In this document: in pieces, positions 39,601 through 54,474 of the stretch
Layout: every line of letters begins with the position of its first letter
Position numbering within the stretch: the first letter of the stretch is position 1
Assembly (NCBI GenBank): GCA_964016885.1
Contig: OZ024746.1
Coordinates: 35,278,001 to 35,342,000 of the forward strand
Length of the DNA: 64,000 nucleotides
Direction of reading: 5' to 3'
Source of the DNA: Eledone cirrhosa
Taxonomy: Eukaryota
The notes under the pieces: model-generated
Databases searched by the model: none
The model's input: the letters and a program-made list of their open reading frames with translations, nothing else
Told to the model about the DNA's origin: nothing
Program-made: the position numbers and the translations under genes

Positions 39601-40635
39601 CAGGAATCGGGAAGGTATATATATATATATATATACATATATGTCTGTGTGTGTCTATGTATTTTCAGAAATGTGTGCATCATCATCATCACTCTATCAA
39701 ACAGACATTAGTTATTCTGTGGTTCATGGTTGGATACCATTCCTATTTCAAACTGTTTTAGGCACTTCTTATATGTCTGTGGAAATAACTACATTTTGCA
39801 TATGTATGTATACACAGAGTTTGTTATTGAAAGTACAATCACAAATCAACCCCCAAAGACTTATGTCATACTTAAACACAAATTTCAGCAGTTATGCAAC
39901 TGCCTCATCAGGCAGTTCATATGTGAGAAAGTGATCATGGTGCATAAATAATCAGGTTTTCTTTCATAAAAATACCAAACTAAAATTATGTCTCAGTTAT
40001 ACTACTCTTTGAAGATAAACAAAGTCATGCTCCGAATGTAATGTAAATATATTTATATATACATATTGCATTGAACATTGTACATTCAGTGACACAGACA
40101 GGATATTTGAGACTAAATGACAGCATATATTGTGAAATATTTATTGATTTGCATAACCATTATGAATACTTGAATGTAAATTTGATTTCAATTTTCTGTG
40201 CATTGAAATTTTTACTGAAAACTAAGATGAGATGCCAAAGAGAACATTGGCATCTTTCCTGCCATGTTAGCATTGAACTTTTCTAAAATTTATGGCATTC
40301 TCATCCCTCAAATTTCTTCCAGTCACGCTGGCAATTTTCAGAATGAAAGCTCATAAAATTTACAAGCTAACTTCAACCCATGCTATATTGGCTTTTCAAT
40401 GTCAGAAAACACTGACTTGTTTTGTCAGAGCCGGACTTTCATCTGCTGTGGCCCTAAACTATATAAAATTTGAGATACATCTCTAAAAGAATTTTTGGAA
40501 AAAAAAAATTTAAATAAGTATACATGATTATTTTTTTTGTATTAATGTTAAATATATATGTATATATATATATATATATATATAATGATTTAGTGTTAAA
40601 GAATAAAAATTAATGATGGAATAAAATATATTATA

Positions 40636-40825
40636 AATAATTGTTTCTACTATTGACACAAGGCCAGCAATTACCCAGTAGATTAGTGGTACTTTAATTT
40701 GTCCACCCCGTAAGGATGAAAGGCAAAGTTAACCTCGGCGAGATTTGAACACAGAATGGCAAGAGCCATAACTCTATACGTCAAAGCATGGTGTCCGACC
40801 CTCTACCGATACTGCCAATCCACCA
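40636..40825 (-). mobile_element. SINE S1, full length
   Basis: Close match to the reverse complement of 60527-60720. Confidence 0.85.
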
Positions 40826-41989
40826 AATAATGAGGCCCCCGAGTGTTTGAAACCCTAAGCTATACATTATTTAGCCTATAGGTACGTCCAGCACTACTTC
40901 ATTACTGCATTGAAAGGTGGGAACATAAAGGGAACCTTCAAATACACCTGTATTTTACAAGTAAAACATCTTTCTAGTTTCCGCTTTCTTTTATTTACAC
41001 ATTTGCATTGTCAATTCCGCCTCTCCCATGGAGAGAAAAATCAATCCCAGTACTTGACTGGTACATTATTTATTAAGCCTAGAAGGTTGAAATGTTTGTA
41101 TGTGTAGATATATATGTGTCAGGGTGTATATACATGTATATATATACATAAATATATATATATATAATTTCTAATGGTTGTACATACATATATATATGTA
41201 TGTATATATGTATAAACACACACATACACGTAGGTGTGTGTGTGTGTGAATTGCATACTTCTGCAGTATGCATGTGTGATCAGTAGTTAGCAGATCATTT
41301 ATTTGACATGGGGTAGTTCAGGTAAGATAAACCTTATTTATTTAGAATAATTTTATTTATTTGGATGGTAAATTGTTCTATAAAACAGTATATTTAGTTT
41401 ATACAATTCAATAACTTTATTTAGCCTTTTAATTATATGTTGAATTTTATATCTTAAAATGTTTTTCTTTTAATTTGGTGTTGTATTGATCATATATTTT
41501 TGTGTGTTTTTATAATCATCAACCTCCTCATCATTTCATGTCTATTTTCCACACTTGCATTGGTTAGAAGGGTTGTTATGAGAAAATTCAGTCCAGGTGA
41601 CCATGTTTTGCTCCTATGAATCTGTATTTTAGCTAGTGTGCTTTTTCTTGCATCACCAATGCAACCGTCTACTGAGTGGACAGTGTGCTTTTTGTTGTGT
41701 CACCAACAGGGCTAACTTACGGGAGGGACTGGGTACTGTTCTTGTAGTGGCACTGGAACACATGCAGGGTGGGCTTTGTGCTTTTTGTCATAGCAGCAGC
41801 ATGTGGGGAGATCAGATGCCATGCATGTCCAGGTTACATGGGTTGGGCAGTGGAGTTATATCGGAGTTGCACAGGCAAGCAAGTTCGACATTGATTCGTA
41901 AATGTTATTTTTTAATTTAGTATTGTATTGATTGTATACTTTTTGGGTGTTTATTTGTATAATGTTTATTTATTTAGATTAATTTCATT

Positions 41990-42335
41990 TATTCAGATAA
42001 TAATTTGCTTTGTCATCTTCATCTGCCAGTTCTTCCTTGGTCTGCCTCTACTGCAGCATCCACTCTACTGGGATTTCCTGTCAATTTTTCGAGTGATTAT
42101 CATCCATACACCTCACATGTCCATATCAATGCAGTCTTCTTCTTTGCACACCACTTTGGATTCCTCTTAAACATAGTTTCACCCATAATTCATCCAAGCT
42201 CTGCCATTCTCTCACATTTACATTGCGCATCCAATGAAGCATGGTTGCTTCATTTTATTCCAGTCTATGCATATCCTCTGCAGTCACAGCCCATTTTTCA
42301 CTCCCATGCAACACCACACTATGCACATCCAATCA
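41990..42335 (-). pseudogene. Decayed RTE 3' coding fragment
   Basis: cttggtctgcctct (RGRPR), cacatgtccata (YGHV), cactcccatgcaaca (LHGSE) on minus. Confidence 0.65.
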
Positions 42336-43288
42336 GTATGACTCAATAACTGAATTTTATATCTTTCAGTTAAATATTTTTTCAAGTTCATGTAGTAAGG
42401 ATCAAATATTTTCTAATACAAGTTTCCTTCAATTATTTTCACATTTTATGTTTACTATATCATGTTTTGATTTATTGTGAATTTATATCTGGTTTTAATG
42501 GTCTGTTTATTTGGTCATATATTAGCTAGGCATGTGGCTTCACACAATTAACTTGTTCAAGTTTATTGGAGCTTATTTTGGTGATGGCTGTAGATCAGAT
42601 CAGATTTATTGGAGGGCTTAAGGTAAAGGAATAAGTTTTATGTGATTGCACTGAGTTGAGTGTGGGAAGATAGTGAATTATGCAACATGGACATAGTCAC
42701 TGAAGATAAGAATGACTATTGTATTGCTTTCTTAACCTTAGAATCTCGCCTGTCTCAAGATGCATGAGACAGCCAAAGTGATCCAATGACCATGGTCAGT
42801 TGCATCTATCAATACATTGTTCCAGCTTCTGTTGACAGGTTTCAGGTCTCTGTCGATTACCTGCCACCAGTTCATCTTGGGATGCCCCCTTCTCTTTCAA
42901 TGGGGTAATACTACAGGGTTTGATTAACATGTCTCTCACTTGGGAGTCATGAGATGTTTCCCAACCTGTCAAGTCAGTGCTTGTGGATTTCTTTGTTGGT
43001 GATGAAGTCGTCCCACCTGATGCATAATATGACAGCTCCTGATGAGGTCTGGCTTCTCCATATCATTGATTGGTCCAAGTCAGTTGTTGGTTTAGCAGGA
43101 GGTGGGGACAGAATTAGAATATGTGAACAAGTTAGCACATCCTTGGGCTGTATAGTTTGGGTGTCTGAGGTCAAGTGTGGCTGTATGAATTACGTTTGTT
43201 TTGGTCTGTTGTTGGCTTTTATTTAATCTGGATATATTCATGTTCAAGCAATTGATGGTCATTTGTTTTTAAACCGAACATGAAATTG

Positions 43289-43363
<75 letters not shown>

Positions 43364-45499
43364 GAATGGTTACAACAGATGGTAATGAGTACCTTTTAAT
43401 CTTGTGAAATCCAAAGCAAACTCATTAGTGCTAGTGCTATTATTTAATGCACCCAATACTCTCTGTAAAGTAATTGACATTAGGAAAGGCATTCACCCAT
43501 AAGAACCATGTCAAAATAGAATGTTTGTCAGACCTGTTCCTTCTACATGTCTAGTTTCAAATTGTGGTAACCCATTCAAACCATGACTGCATACAAAGTA
43601 GTTTATATGATGGTGATGTGCATATATGTTTACATGACTTTATACATATGTGTGTGTTTGTATCAGTGTGTAGTCATGTACACAGATACACACAGTGTGT
43701 CTACAAATTTATTGGCAGATTTTGTCTGTTTGTTTCTATAGAAACTTGTAGTCTCGAGGTAAATCCATGAAAAACTATTTAAATATTTATTTAAGATTTC
43801 CATCTAGACTTGTTTGTAGAACTCTTATTACTATTATTGATAGTGATGATATTGGAGTGTAATGTGTTCTTATATTTTGTTGGTTTTGGTGGTTGTAGTG
43901 GTGATATTAGTCGAGAAAGTTCTGACAATTAGCTGTTGACGTTTACTCAATGGCACTGGTGATCAGACATTCCAGTCGTGAACATCCCATAATGTTTTTT
44001 AAATTCATTAAACCCAGGGTCACGTAATCCAATGTATATATATATATATTATCTAGAGTGGAAAGTGAACGTTAAACAATGATGATGATGATTTAGGTTT
44101 AACCGATATATATCGATTTTGTTTCTCAATAAAAAAAACTCTACGAATATTATTTCAGAGCATCAATTATACAACAAATTTAAACGATATATAAAAACAG
44201 GATATATATCAATTGAGTAACTACTAGAACTTTGTACATATATGCAGAGCAATTAATGTGTAAGAAAATATACTTACTTCAAGATGGTAACAGCCTCTTA
44301 TAAACTGTTACCATGTTGAAGTAAGTGTATGATTGGGTGTGATTTGAGGAATATTTGATCTCTGTATCTTGCAGGTCAAGCAATCACTGTAAGGATCTCT
44401 CAAATGATGAATTTATTGTTGTTATTATTCTTTATATTTAGCCCCGGTCAGTCCTGAGAGTGCAAACTTATGATCAAAGTAACTTCACTTGTGACTGTAA
44501 CATATTTTGTTTCTGTCTTTACTAGACTAACATTTCTTGTGTGGCCTTCTGTTTTTCTTTTATGGTTGTTATTTCAAGTAGATATGGTGACTATTCTTGG
44601 TAGTTTGATTGATGCAAACCCCTTGCTGGTTATGTTAATGTTTAATCTAAGATTGGATCCAATTGTGCTAACCTATGATCAAAAGCAATTTATGTGACAA
44701 TCTGTTCTTTTTCTGATCACATTATTATCCAATATGTTATTTTTTAATATAGAGTTGTGTAATTTGGTTGAAATTTAATAACTATTTTTAGAAGATCATG
44801 CTTTTTGAAATAATTAATTTTTTTTTTTTTATATCTAGTCTGTTCTGATCTAGTAAAAATATGATCAAAGGTGTTCCTATTTTGATTAATCTGGCAGTTT
44901 TACATTTTTTCAGAAATAACATATCCAGAATGATATTATGCAATATATTCTTTCAATAGATTGTCATGCATGAGATTTAGCTGTTATTTCTGATTGGGTA
45001 GTGGACCATATAGAAGCTCATTTGTTGGCCCATGTACTCTTGTGTTACTGGTTGTTAAGGTGGGTGATGTTTGAGGTTGTGCTGGTGGTGATTGTGTTAG
45101 CAAAGATTATGGTATTGATGGTAATGTTATGTTGTTTATCATAAGGTCAGTCCTCATCCCACTAACAGACCTGTAATCAAATATGTTCAAGTAGCTATCA
45201 TCATATGCTCTTTTTTATGCATACATAGGACCACACTATCAAATGTACCCTTTTTAGAGATAGTAGTGTGATGCAAGTGATATTTAAACACTCTAGGAAT
45301 TTGAGTAATCATGTAGAGGTATTTTCATTTGCTTATGTAGACATGTCTACTCAGATTGAGTAGAACTATGTTCAAACATGTTTTTGTCATGATTGTTACA
45401 TAGTTTTGTTAAGACTAAAGTTATATTTGCAGATGCATCACATTAATAAAGTTATGAAAATTTCAGATGTGTAACACAACTAATTAGAAAAATAGTGAA

Positions 45500-46180
45500 A
45501 TTGTATGAGATATAGTTTGGTTTTGTGTTGGATAGAAGCCCCTCAAATGACTTATTGTGGGAGAACTACAAGAAGTGTTTTGGACTTTAATTCATCTCTA
45601 GAAAGCCTTTGATAAAATATTACTATCTTTTATCTGGTGGCCTATAAATACTCTGGATACACAGGAATGGTTTGTAACTGCCATGCAACCCATGTACAAA
45701 TGTACTGTCAGTAAGGGTAGGTATTGAATTTAGTGAGTTATTCAACATGCAGGTAGGTGTTTATCATGGTTCTGTCATCAACCAACTGCTGTTTATTATA
45801 GTTCTCAAGGCTATAAGATTATTTAAGACTGGCTGTCCCTGAGAAGTTCTGTATTGTGATATAATTGAATATGTGGAAGTGTTAGAGTAGAAATTTTCCA
45901 TTGTGGAAGCAGAAATTAGGACCAAAGGTGCTTCATAGATTTAACTCAGCAAGTACCCTACTTTTAGTATGTAGGAAAGAACACAAGATTACGATACTAT
46001 CAGAGAAGTGGTTGTGCTTGATATGTAGAAAATAAGTAGGTAGGAAATCTATATGTTATACACAGTCAAATAAGGGTACATAACTGGTGTAGTAGTATAG
46101 AAGGTAGGCAATAAGGGGAGGGAAGACATGCAGGAGAAGACCCAACGAGCCCATGCTGATATGGAAAAGCAAACAGTGAT
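45500..46180 (+). pseudogene. Decayed RTE RT fragment
   Basis: Remnants of LEKAFD, VQVGVYHGSVINQLLFIIVLKA, FKTGCP and KWLCLICRK. Confidence 0.7.
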
Positions 46181-46699
46181 AATGAGACTAATGATATATA
46201 TATATGTACAAATCACACTACACTCTTTCACATTTGTTAATAAGGTGCTGATTCTTCCATTATGCAAAATAATGTAGTGAGTTATGGGTCTACACTATCA
46301 GGATCAATTGACCTTGGTTGAAATTAAAACAACTGTTATTACTAAAGCTTTGACATTTAAATCCTTTATCAATAATTATATAAACAATATATATACATAT
46401 AGATTTTTTTTTCCTTTTTTTTTAAATTATTCATTTTAGCCAAGTATTTTAGATATTAAGTACTTAACACAGCTTTTACTGACGTCACATATTGAGTCAT
46501 AGGTTATAGGAAAAAACCCAAATCTATTACATCTAATATGAAATGTAATTTTAAATATAATATTTCTAGGTACATAATGATTGAATGACTTTCTTTTAGA
46601 TATCGTTGACTGTACTGATAATTAATACAAAATTTATTGAATTATTAAGCACATAGGTACACAGTAATTCATTATCTTGGAGACTGAAAATTGGGTAAT

Positions 46700-46875
46700 A
46701 TTTGTTTCTACTTTTGGCACAACACCAGCAATTATCCCAGTGCATTACTGGGGCTATATTTTAATGATCCGTAAGGATGAAAGGCAAAGTTAACCTTGGC
46801 GGGATTTGAACTCAGGCTGTAACTCTATCCTGCAAAGAATGGCGTCTGACCCTCTCCCGATACTTCCAATCCAAT
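46700..46875 (-). mobile_element. SINE S1
   Basis: gtaaggatgaaaggcaaagttaaccttggcgggatttgaactcag. Confidence 0.8.
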
Positions 46876-47597
46876 TGGGTAATAATGGCAAGCAGATGCA
46901 TACCTGTGTCATGAATGACATTTGAGAAAGAGGGCTCTTACTTTTAGAAGTTGGGCACTAGTCTTGGATTACCCTATCTCGCTTTTACAACAAATACTAC
47001 ACATTTCCTATCAATTTGTTTCCATCTATTTGTCTTTGTAATGTCCCCGCAAACCCCCCCCCCCCCAACCCCTATTCCATACACATCTGTCAATCTTGTG
47101 GCATTGAAATAAATTATTTTTAGTTGTAAGGCTTTCCATTGTGAGTTCAAATCCTGCTGAGATCAATTTTTTTCTTTCATTCTTCTGGAGTGAATAAAAT
47201 ATAGTACCAGTCAAGCACTGGGTTTGCTGTGATTTACTTCCTTAAGAAAGCATTATTGTTATTGTTGTAGTGGTTGGATAGACAGAAACAGTATGCAATG
47301 AAAGGCCCTGCGAACTTAATATATCCCATTGTATTCTAACTTCAATTGTTATCTGTCAGGTTCACTTTCCTTCAAATGTAACCACTCTAGGGGGTTGATT
47401 AAATAAGTACTGCAGTATTTGTAATTCTGAATAAGTATGTGTCACTTCAAAGTGTGAATAATGTTCATTGACCTGATAGTTAAGAAGGAAGGATATTGTG
47501 TCTGCATTCCAACTAGAGTCATCCCATCATTTTCTTTTCAGACATTTAAAAAAAAATGTAACTAGAATTATTAAATAGTTTCACACTCACTGCCCTG

Positions 47598-47818
47598 TTC
47601 TCTCTCTATCCCCCCCCCCCATCCTCCCCCTCCCCTACCCCCTCTCTCCCCTACCCCCTCTCTCCCCTCGCCCCCTCTCTCCCCTCCCTCTCTCTCTCCT
47701 CGCCCCCTCTCTCCCCTCCCTCTCTCTCCCCTCTCCCTCTCCCCCTCTCTCTCTACCCCCTTTCTCTCTCCCCCCTCTCTCTCTCCCCCCTCTCTCTCTC
47801 CCCCTCTCTCTCTCCCCC

Positions 47819-47860
<42 letters not shown>
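47598..47860. repeat. C/T-rich polypyrimidine compound microsatellite
   Basis: ~260 bp of ccccctctct-type repeats. Confidence 0.9.
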
Positions 47861-47866
<6 letters not shown>

Positions 47867-49194
47867 CATACATCATATAGTTCAAGGAGACAACAAGCAG
47901 TGGCACAAAAGTCTTATTAGTTTCACACTTTATATATATATATATATATTTTTTCCTACTCTTTATCTCTTTTTATCTCTCTTCTTCTAACCTTGTTCAT
48001 ATTACCATTGTTGTTGTTTAGTCGCAAATCAACCCCAATTGTGCAGACATAATCAAAGGCTTTCCATTCATGACCATTCCAGCTACTTCTCAGGGATGAC
48101 ATAATCCAATATATACAAATTTTAAGATACTTGGTTGTGATTTGAGGGAGATTTGCTTGCTACTTTTTGCAGGGCAAGCAAATTCATGTATTTTTAATGG
48201 TGACACATGTTGGAGGGTGGTGTTAGTAGTGGTGGTAGATTGGAATTTCTGTGAACTTTAGAATGAGTTACCTGCTTATCTGTTGAAAGTAAATTATGTG
48301 CACACACAGACAGAAACCTTCAGATAAACACCAATTTTGGACAACAAGTGCACACATGTTATGAGATACATACTAATAACAGCATGCACATTGTTCATAC
48401 TATCATACTTTGAAGACTGAAACAAATATTCAAAGTGATAACTTTAAAAAAATGTTATTGGGAAATTTTGTTAGATAATTTTTTCTATTCTGCCATATGA
48501 AAAGCTTTATCCTCGTGCATTTCAACTACATTCACCATATTAGTTTATTTGCAATAATAATCAGAGGAAAAGTCTTCTTGGTTTTCCTTTTCAATGGGCT
48601 CCACTAATAGCTGGATGTGTCTCACTAGTGATATTAGCTCTTTGACTTAAACCCAGGAATCAGTAATGTAAGATTATTGAATGAATGTGTGCCAATTTGA
48701 TTTGTCAAACTCTGCTCATCTCACGCAGGTTCGATTGCTAGCGGTTCCAACTGAGTCATGTTTACAGACTATATATTGAACTGTAATGGTTTGTAACTTT
48801 GCATATTATACAGCTACACCAAAAAGTCATACTGCTAGAGTTAGCAACCATATCTTACACTATCATCTTAAAACAGGATGGATGCATTTGATAACCTAAT
48901 GAAGTCATAGATACAACATGACAATGCAAGTAAAACACAATCTCAACTACTAGATCATGAAGGGCTAAACAATATTACAAATAAAAACAATTGTGTGCTT
49001 CAATTCACTTACCAAAAGCATTCTCACCCTCATGGATGCTATTTTACTCCTTTAACTAGAGATCATTGCTGTTGTAGTTGTTTAGGAGCAGGTTAGCTCT
49101 TATGGTGAAGACCAATGTTATTGTCCATTCCAAGTGGAATGACTCTATAGAGGCATGTTTCATTGGTTTATTCACTGATGTTCACAGAGCAAGT

Positions 49195-49308
49195 TAGATT
49201 AAACAAGAAAAATGTTTTACATTTCTTTGACAGAATAGAACATATTGCTATAGATTAAAAAACAAGAAAAATGTTTTACATTTCTTTGACAGAATAGAAC
49301 ATATTGCT
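49195..49308. repeat. Tandem duplication, 2 x ~56 bp
   Basis: aaacaagaaaaatgttttacatttctttgacagaatagaacatattgct occurs twice. Confidence 0.9.
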
Positions 49309-49769
49309 GTTATAGATAATGATGTAAAAATCATTGTCTTTGGCATAAGTACTCATGTTGAAATGTTCTAACTATTTATATTACTATTATAAGCTGTTAA
49401 AGGGGACAAAGGAAGTAAAAGTAACATGATGAATACCAATCAATTTGAAAGGAAGATAAGACTGCCTCAACCCTATACTATTACACTACCACTAATGTAC
49501 TTCTTTGCAGGGTGCTGGCTCTTTTTGTCACCCACCATCAAAATACTTACATTACAAACCTGAAAAAAATTAAGAAAGAACTAGTTATCATCATCATCAT
49601 TACTAACTCGAAACAAGATTACAGCCTACTTTGTTTTACTCTTTTCTCCTATTTCTTATAAAAAGAAAAACTAACAAATTCTCACATAAATTTATACCAG
49701 AAACATATATCTACACACACACACACACAATCATGCATTTCACTTTAAACATTGGAATTTCCAAATTCT

Positions 49770-49795
<26 letters not shown>

Positions 49796-49800
<5 letters not shown>

Positions 49801-49907
49801 ATATATATATATGTATATATATATATGTATATATATATATGTATATATATATATATGTATATATATATATGTATATATATATATATGTATATATATATAT
49901 GTATATG

Positions 49908-49954
<47 letters not shown>

Positions 49955-50031
49955 GTATATGTATATATGTATATGTATATATATATATGTATATATATAT
50001 ATGTATATATATATATGTATGTATATATATG

Positions 50032-50076
<45 letters not shown>

Positions 50077-50091
50077 GTATGTATATATATG

Positions 50092-50182
<91 letters not shown>

Positions 50183-50193
50183 GTATATATATG

Positions 50194-50224
<31 letters not shown>

Positions 50225-50253
50225 GTATATATATATATGTATATATATATATG

Positions 50254-50302
<49 letters not shown>

Positions 50303-50693
50303 GTATATATATATATGTATATGTATATATATATATGTATATATATATATGTATATATATATATGTATATATATATATGTATATATATATGTATATATAT
50401 ATGTATATGTATATATGTATATATATATATATGTATATATATATATGTATATATATGTATATATATATATGTATATATATATATGTATATATATATATGT
50501 ATATATATATATGTATATATATATGTATATGTATATATATGTATATATATGTATATGTATATATATGTATATATATATATATGTATATATATATATGTAT
50601 ATATATATGTATATGTATATATATGTATATATATGTATATATATATATATGTATATATATGTATATATATATATTTATATGTATATATATGTT

Positions 50694-50724
<31 letters not shown>

Positions 50725-50871
50725 GTATGTATGAATATATATGTATATATATGTATGAATATATATGTATATATATGTATGAATATATATGTATATATAT
50801 GTATGAATATATATGTATATATATATGTATGAATATATATGTATATATATATGTATGAATATATATGTATA

Positions 50872-50918
<47 letters not shown>

Positions 50919-51179
50919 GTATATGTATATATGTATATATATATGTATATATATATATATGTATATATATATATGTATATATATGTATATGTATATATAT
51001 ATGTATATGTATATATGTATATATATATGTATATATATATATGTATATATATATATGTATATATATGTATATGTATATATATGTATATATATATATGTAT
51101 ATATATGTATATATATATATGTATATATATGTATATGTATATATGTATATATGTATATGTATATATGTATATATATATG

Positions 51180-51210
<31 letters not shown>

Positions 51211-51541
51211 GTATATATATATATGTATATATATGTATATGTATATATGTATATATATATGTATATATATATATATGTATATATATGTATATATATATAT
51301 GTATATATATGTATATGTATATATGTATATATGTATATGTATATATATATATGTATATGTATATATATATATGTATATGTATATATGTATATGTATATAT
51401 GTATATGTATATAAGTATATATATATATGTATATGTATATATGTATATATATATATGTATATATATATATGTATATGTATATATGTATATATATATATGT
51501 ATATATATATATGTATATATGTATATGTATATATGTATATG

Positions 51542-51600
<59 letters not shown>
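49796..51600. repeat. Large (TA)nTG compound microsatellite, ~1.8 kb
   Basis: Directly visible. Confidence 0.95.
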
Positions 51601-51606
<6 letters not shown>

Positions 51607-52163
51607 ATACTTTGGGAGGGTCATGTTGCCAATAAGAAACACACGCACCAGTTGCTTTCACTTCAATTTAATTTAATATATATTTATAAATTTACAAATT
51701 TATAAATTTCTGGTTGGTTGGTTGGTTCCACAACCAGATAGTTGTTTATATATATATAGTCATAGTTCTTTCGTCACACACTCTGTGACCTCTTCAGTGA
51801 CTGGGGATTTCTTTCTTCGTTTCTGTGCCTTTCCTTTCTTCTATCCTACGCCATTTTGTTTGTGTGTGGGTTGCGTGCTCAGTTTGCGCATGCGCCACAT
51901 CCGGGTGTCTGTGTGTGTTTGTGTTCATTTTTCTATTTTTCTATTTTTATATTTATATTTGTTTGTTTATTTATTTATTTATTGTTGGTTGGTTGTTTGT
52001 TCTATGTGTGTGTGTGTTTTCATTTTGTCTTGTGTGTGTTTTCATTTTGTGTGTGTTTTCAATTGTAAGTTGTTTATATATGTGTGTGTGTGTTTTCATT
52101 TTGTCCTTAATTGTAAGTTGTGATGTTGCTGTTCCACTGTTGCTGTTCCAATTCAGAAACGAA
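51601..52163 (-). mobile_element. Family A module, copy 2
   Basis: Colinear with 7071-7575, same termini. Confidence 0.85.
51758..51802 (-). ncRNA. Minimal hammerhead-like motif, family A copy 2
   Basis: Minus: AGTCA CTGAAGA G GTCACA gagtg TGTGAC GAAA GAAC TA TGACT. Confidence 0.65.
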
Positions 52164-52198
52164 ATATATATATATATGTATATGTATATATGTATATG

Positions 52199-52230
<32 letters not shown>

Positions 52231-52238
52231 TGTATATG

Positions 52239-52283
<45 letters not shown>

Positions 52284-52886
52284 ATATGTATATGTATATG
52301 TATATATGTATATGTATATATGTATATATGTATATATATATATGTATATATGTATATATGTATATATATATATGTATATATATATATGTATATATATATA
52401 TGTATATATATATATGTATATATGTATATATGTATATATATATATGTATATATATATATGTATATATATATATGTATGTATATATATATATGTATGTATA
52501 TATATATATGTATGTATATATGTATGTATATATATATGTATATATATATGTATATATATATATGTATGTATATATATATATGTATGTATATATATATATG
52601 TATGTATATATGTATGTATATATATATGTATATATATATGTATATATATATATGTATATATATATATGTATGTATATATATATATGTATATATATATATG
52701 TATGTATATATATATATGTATATATATATGTATATATATATGTATATATATATATATGTATATATATATGTATATATATATATGTATATATATATATGTA
52801 TATATATATATGTATATATATATGTATATATATATGTATATATATATGTATATATATATGTATATATATATGTATATGTATATATG

Positions 52887-52951
<65 letters not shown>

Positions 52952-53044
52952 GTATATATGTATATATATATATGTATATATATATATGTATATATATATA
53001 TGTATATATATATATGTATATATATATATGTATATATATATATG

Positions 53045-53115
<71 letters not shown>

Positions 53116-53390
53116 GTATATATGTATATATATATATGTATATATATATATGTATATATATATATGTATATATATATATGTATATATATATATGTATATA
53201 TATATATGTATATATATATATGTATATATATATATGTATATATATATATGTATATATATATGTATATATATATATGTATATATATATATATGTATATATA
53301 TATATGTATATATATATATATGTATATATATATATGTATATATATATATGTATATATATGTATATATATATATGTATATATGTATATATA
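52164..53390. repeat. Large (TA)nTG compound microsatellite, ~1.2 kb
   Basis: Directly visible. Confidence 0.95.
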
Positions 53391-53989
53391 CGCTCTCACA
53401 TACATATATATATAAAACACACCATCTACCTCCTCCACCTATCCACTTATGTTAAAGGGCTTCAGAAGGTTCACTTGATGTGGCTATGTGTGTGTGTATA
53501 TAAGGCAGGGTGAGTGAGTATGTCAGACTTTCTATATTAGTATATATGTCTATTATAAGTGTATGCATACACATTCATTTTGATCCTTGCTCTATATGTT
53601 TATTTTCTTACTTTCTATTTGTATGTATGTCCATATGTGTGATGTAGAAGGATTTTGGGTAGGCTAACAGAAAATATCAACCTTGTATCTTACAGATACA
53701 TAGGAGCAAGATCTCACATGAAACACAAGCTATCAACGTTTCCTAGAAAATGTTAACTGCTTACATTATTTAGGTATCCTAATTAACAGTATGGTGGAGG
53801 TTCTGAAGGTAGAATAGCTACAGGGAATGTCAGTGGAAAACATTCAGGGAGCTATAACTACCAATATATATATATATATATATATATCAACTCACCCCAC
53901 ACACACTATCACATCCATGCCATCCTCCACCCTCCATCCTGGATCTACAGCCCCTACCTTCATTTTTATTTTTATCATTATACTGTATG

Positions 53990-54082
53990 TTTTGTCTTTC
54001 ATCCTTATGTGGTCGATATAATAAAGTACCAGTAATACACTAGGTTAATTGCTGGCCTTGTGCCAAAAGTAGAAACAATTAT
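53990..54082 (+). mobile_element. SINE S1 3' half
   Basis: tttcatccttatgtggtcgata..ggccttgtgccaaaagtagaaacaatt. Confidence 0.75.
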
Positions 54083-54099
54083 ATTGTATTTTTTACTTT

Positions 54100-54288
54100 A
54101 TAACTTCCCTCCTTAAAACTCTCCATTACTCCCTCCCCCAGTTCCTCTTCTCCCCCTATCTGATCTTTCCTGAACAAGGACTTATGCCTGAAATCTTGAA
54201 ACCTCCTCCACTTCCACCAAGCATGTTACTATAAGTATGGAGTATGCTGGTGCGTTGTGGTCCACGTGGTATCTCACCACTTTCTTTG

Positions 54289-54290
<2 letters not shown>
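54100..54290 (+). mobile_element. Family G-related module with a degenerate HHR (54166-54201)
   Basis: Terminus ggtgcgttgtggtccac..actttctttgttata; TTTC CTGAACA AGG..CCT GAAA TC TT GAAA. Confidence 0.5.
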
Positions 54291-54326
<36 letters not shown>

Positions 54327-54400
54327 ATATGTGTGTGTGTGTGTGTATATATGTGTGTGTGTGTATATGTGTGTGTATGTGTGTGTATATATGTGTGTAT

Positions 54401-54433
<33 letters not shown>

Positions 54434-54442
54434 GTGTATATA

Positions 54443-54474
<32 letters not shown>

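Noticed and set aside
49631-53513. Long ORFs of 250-645 aa
   Set aside because: YI/CI/VY-rich translations of (TA)nTG microsatellite; not genes
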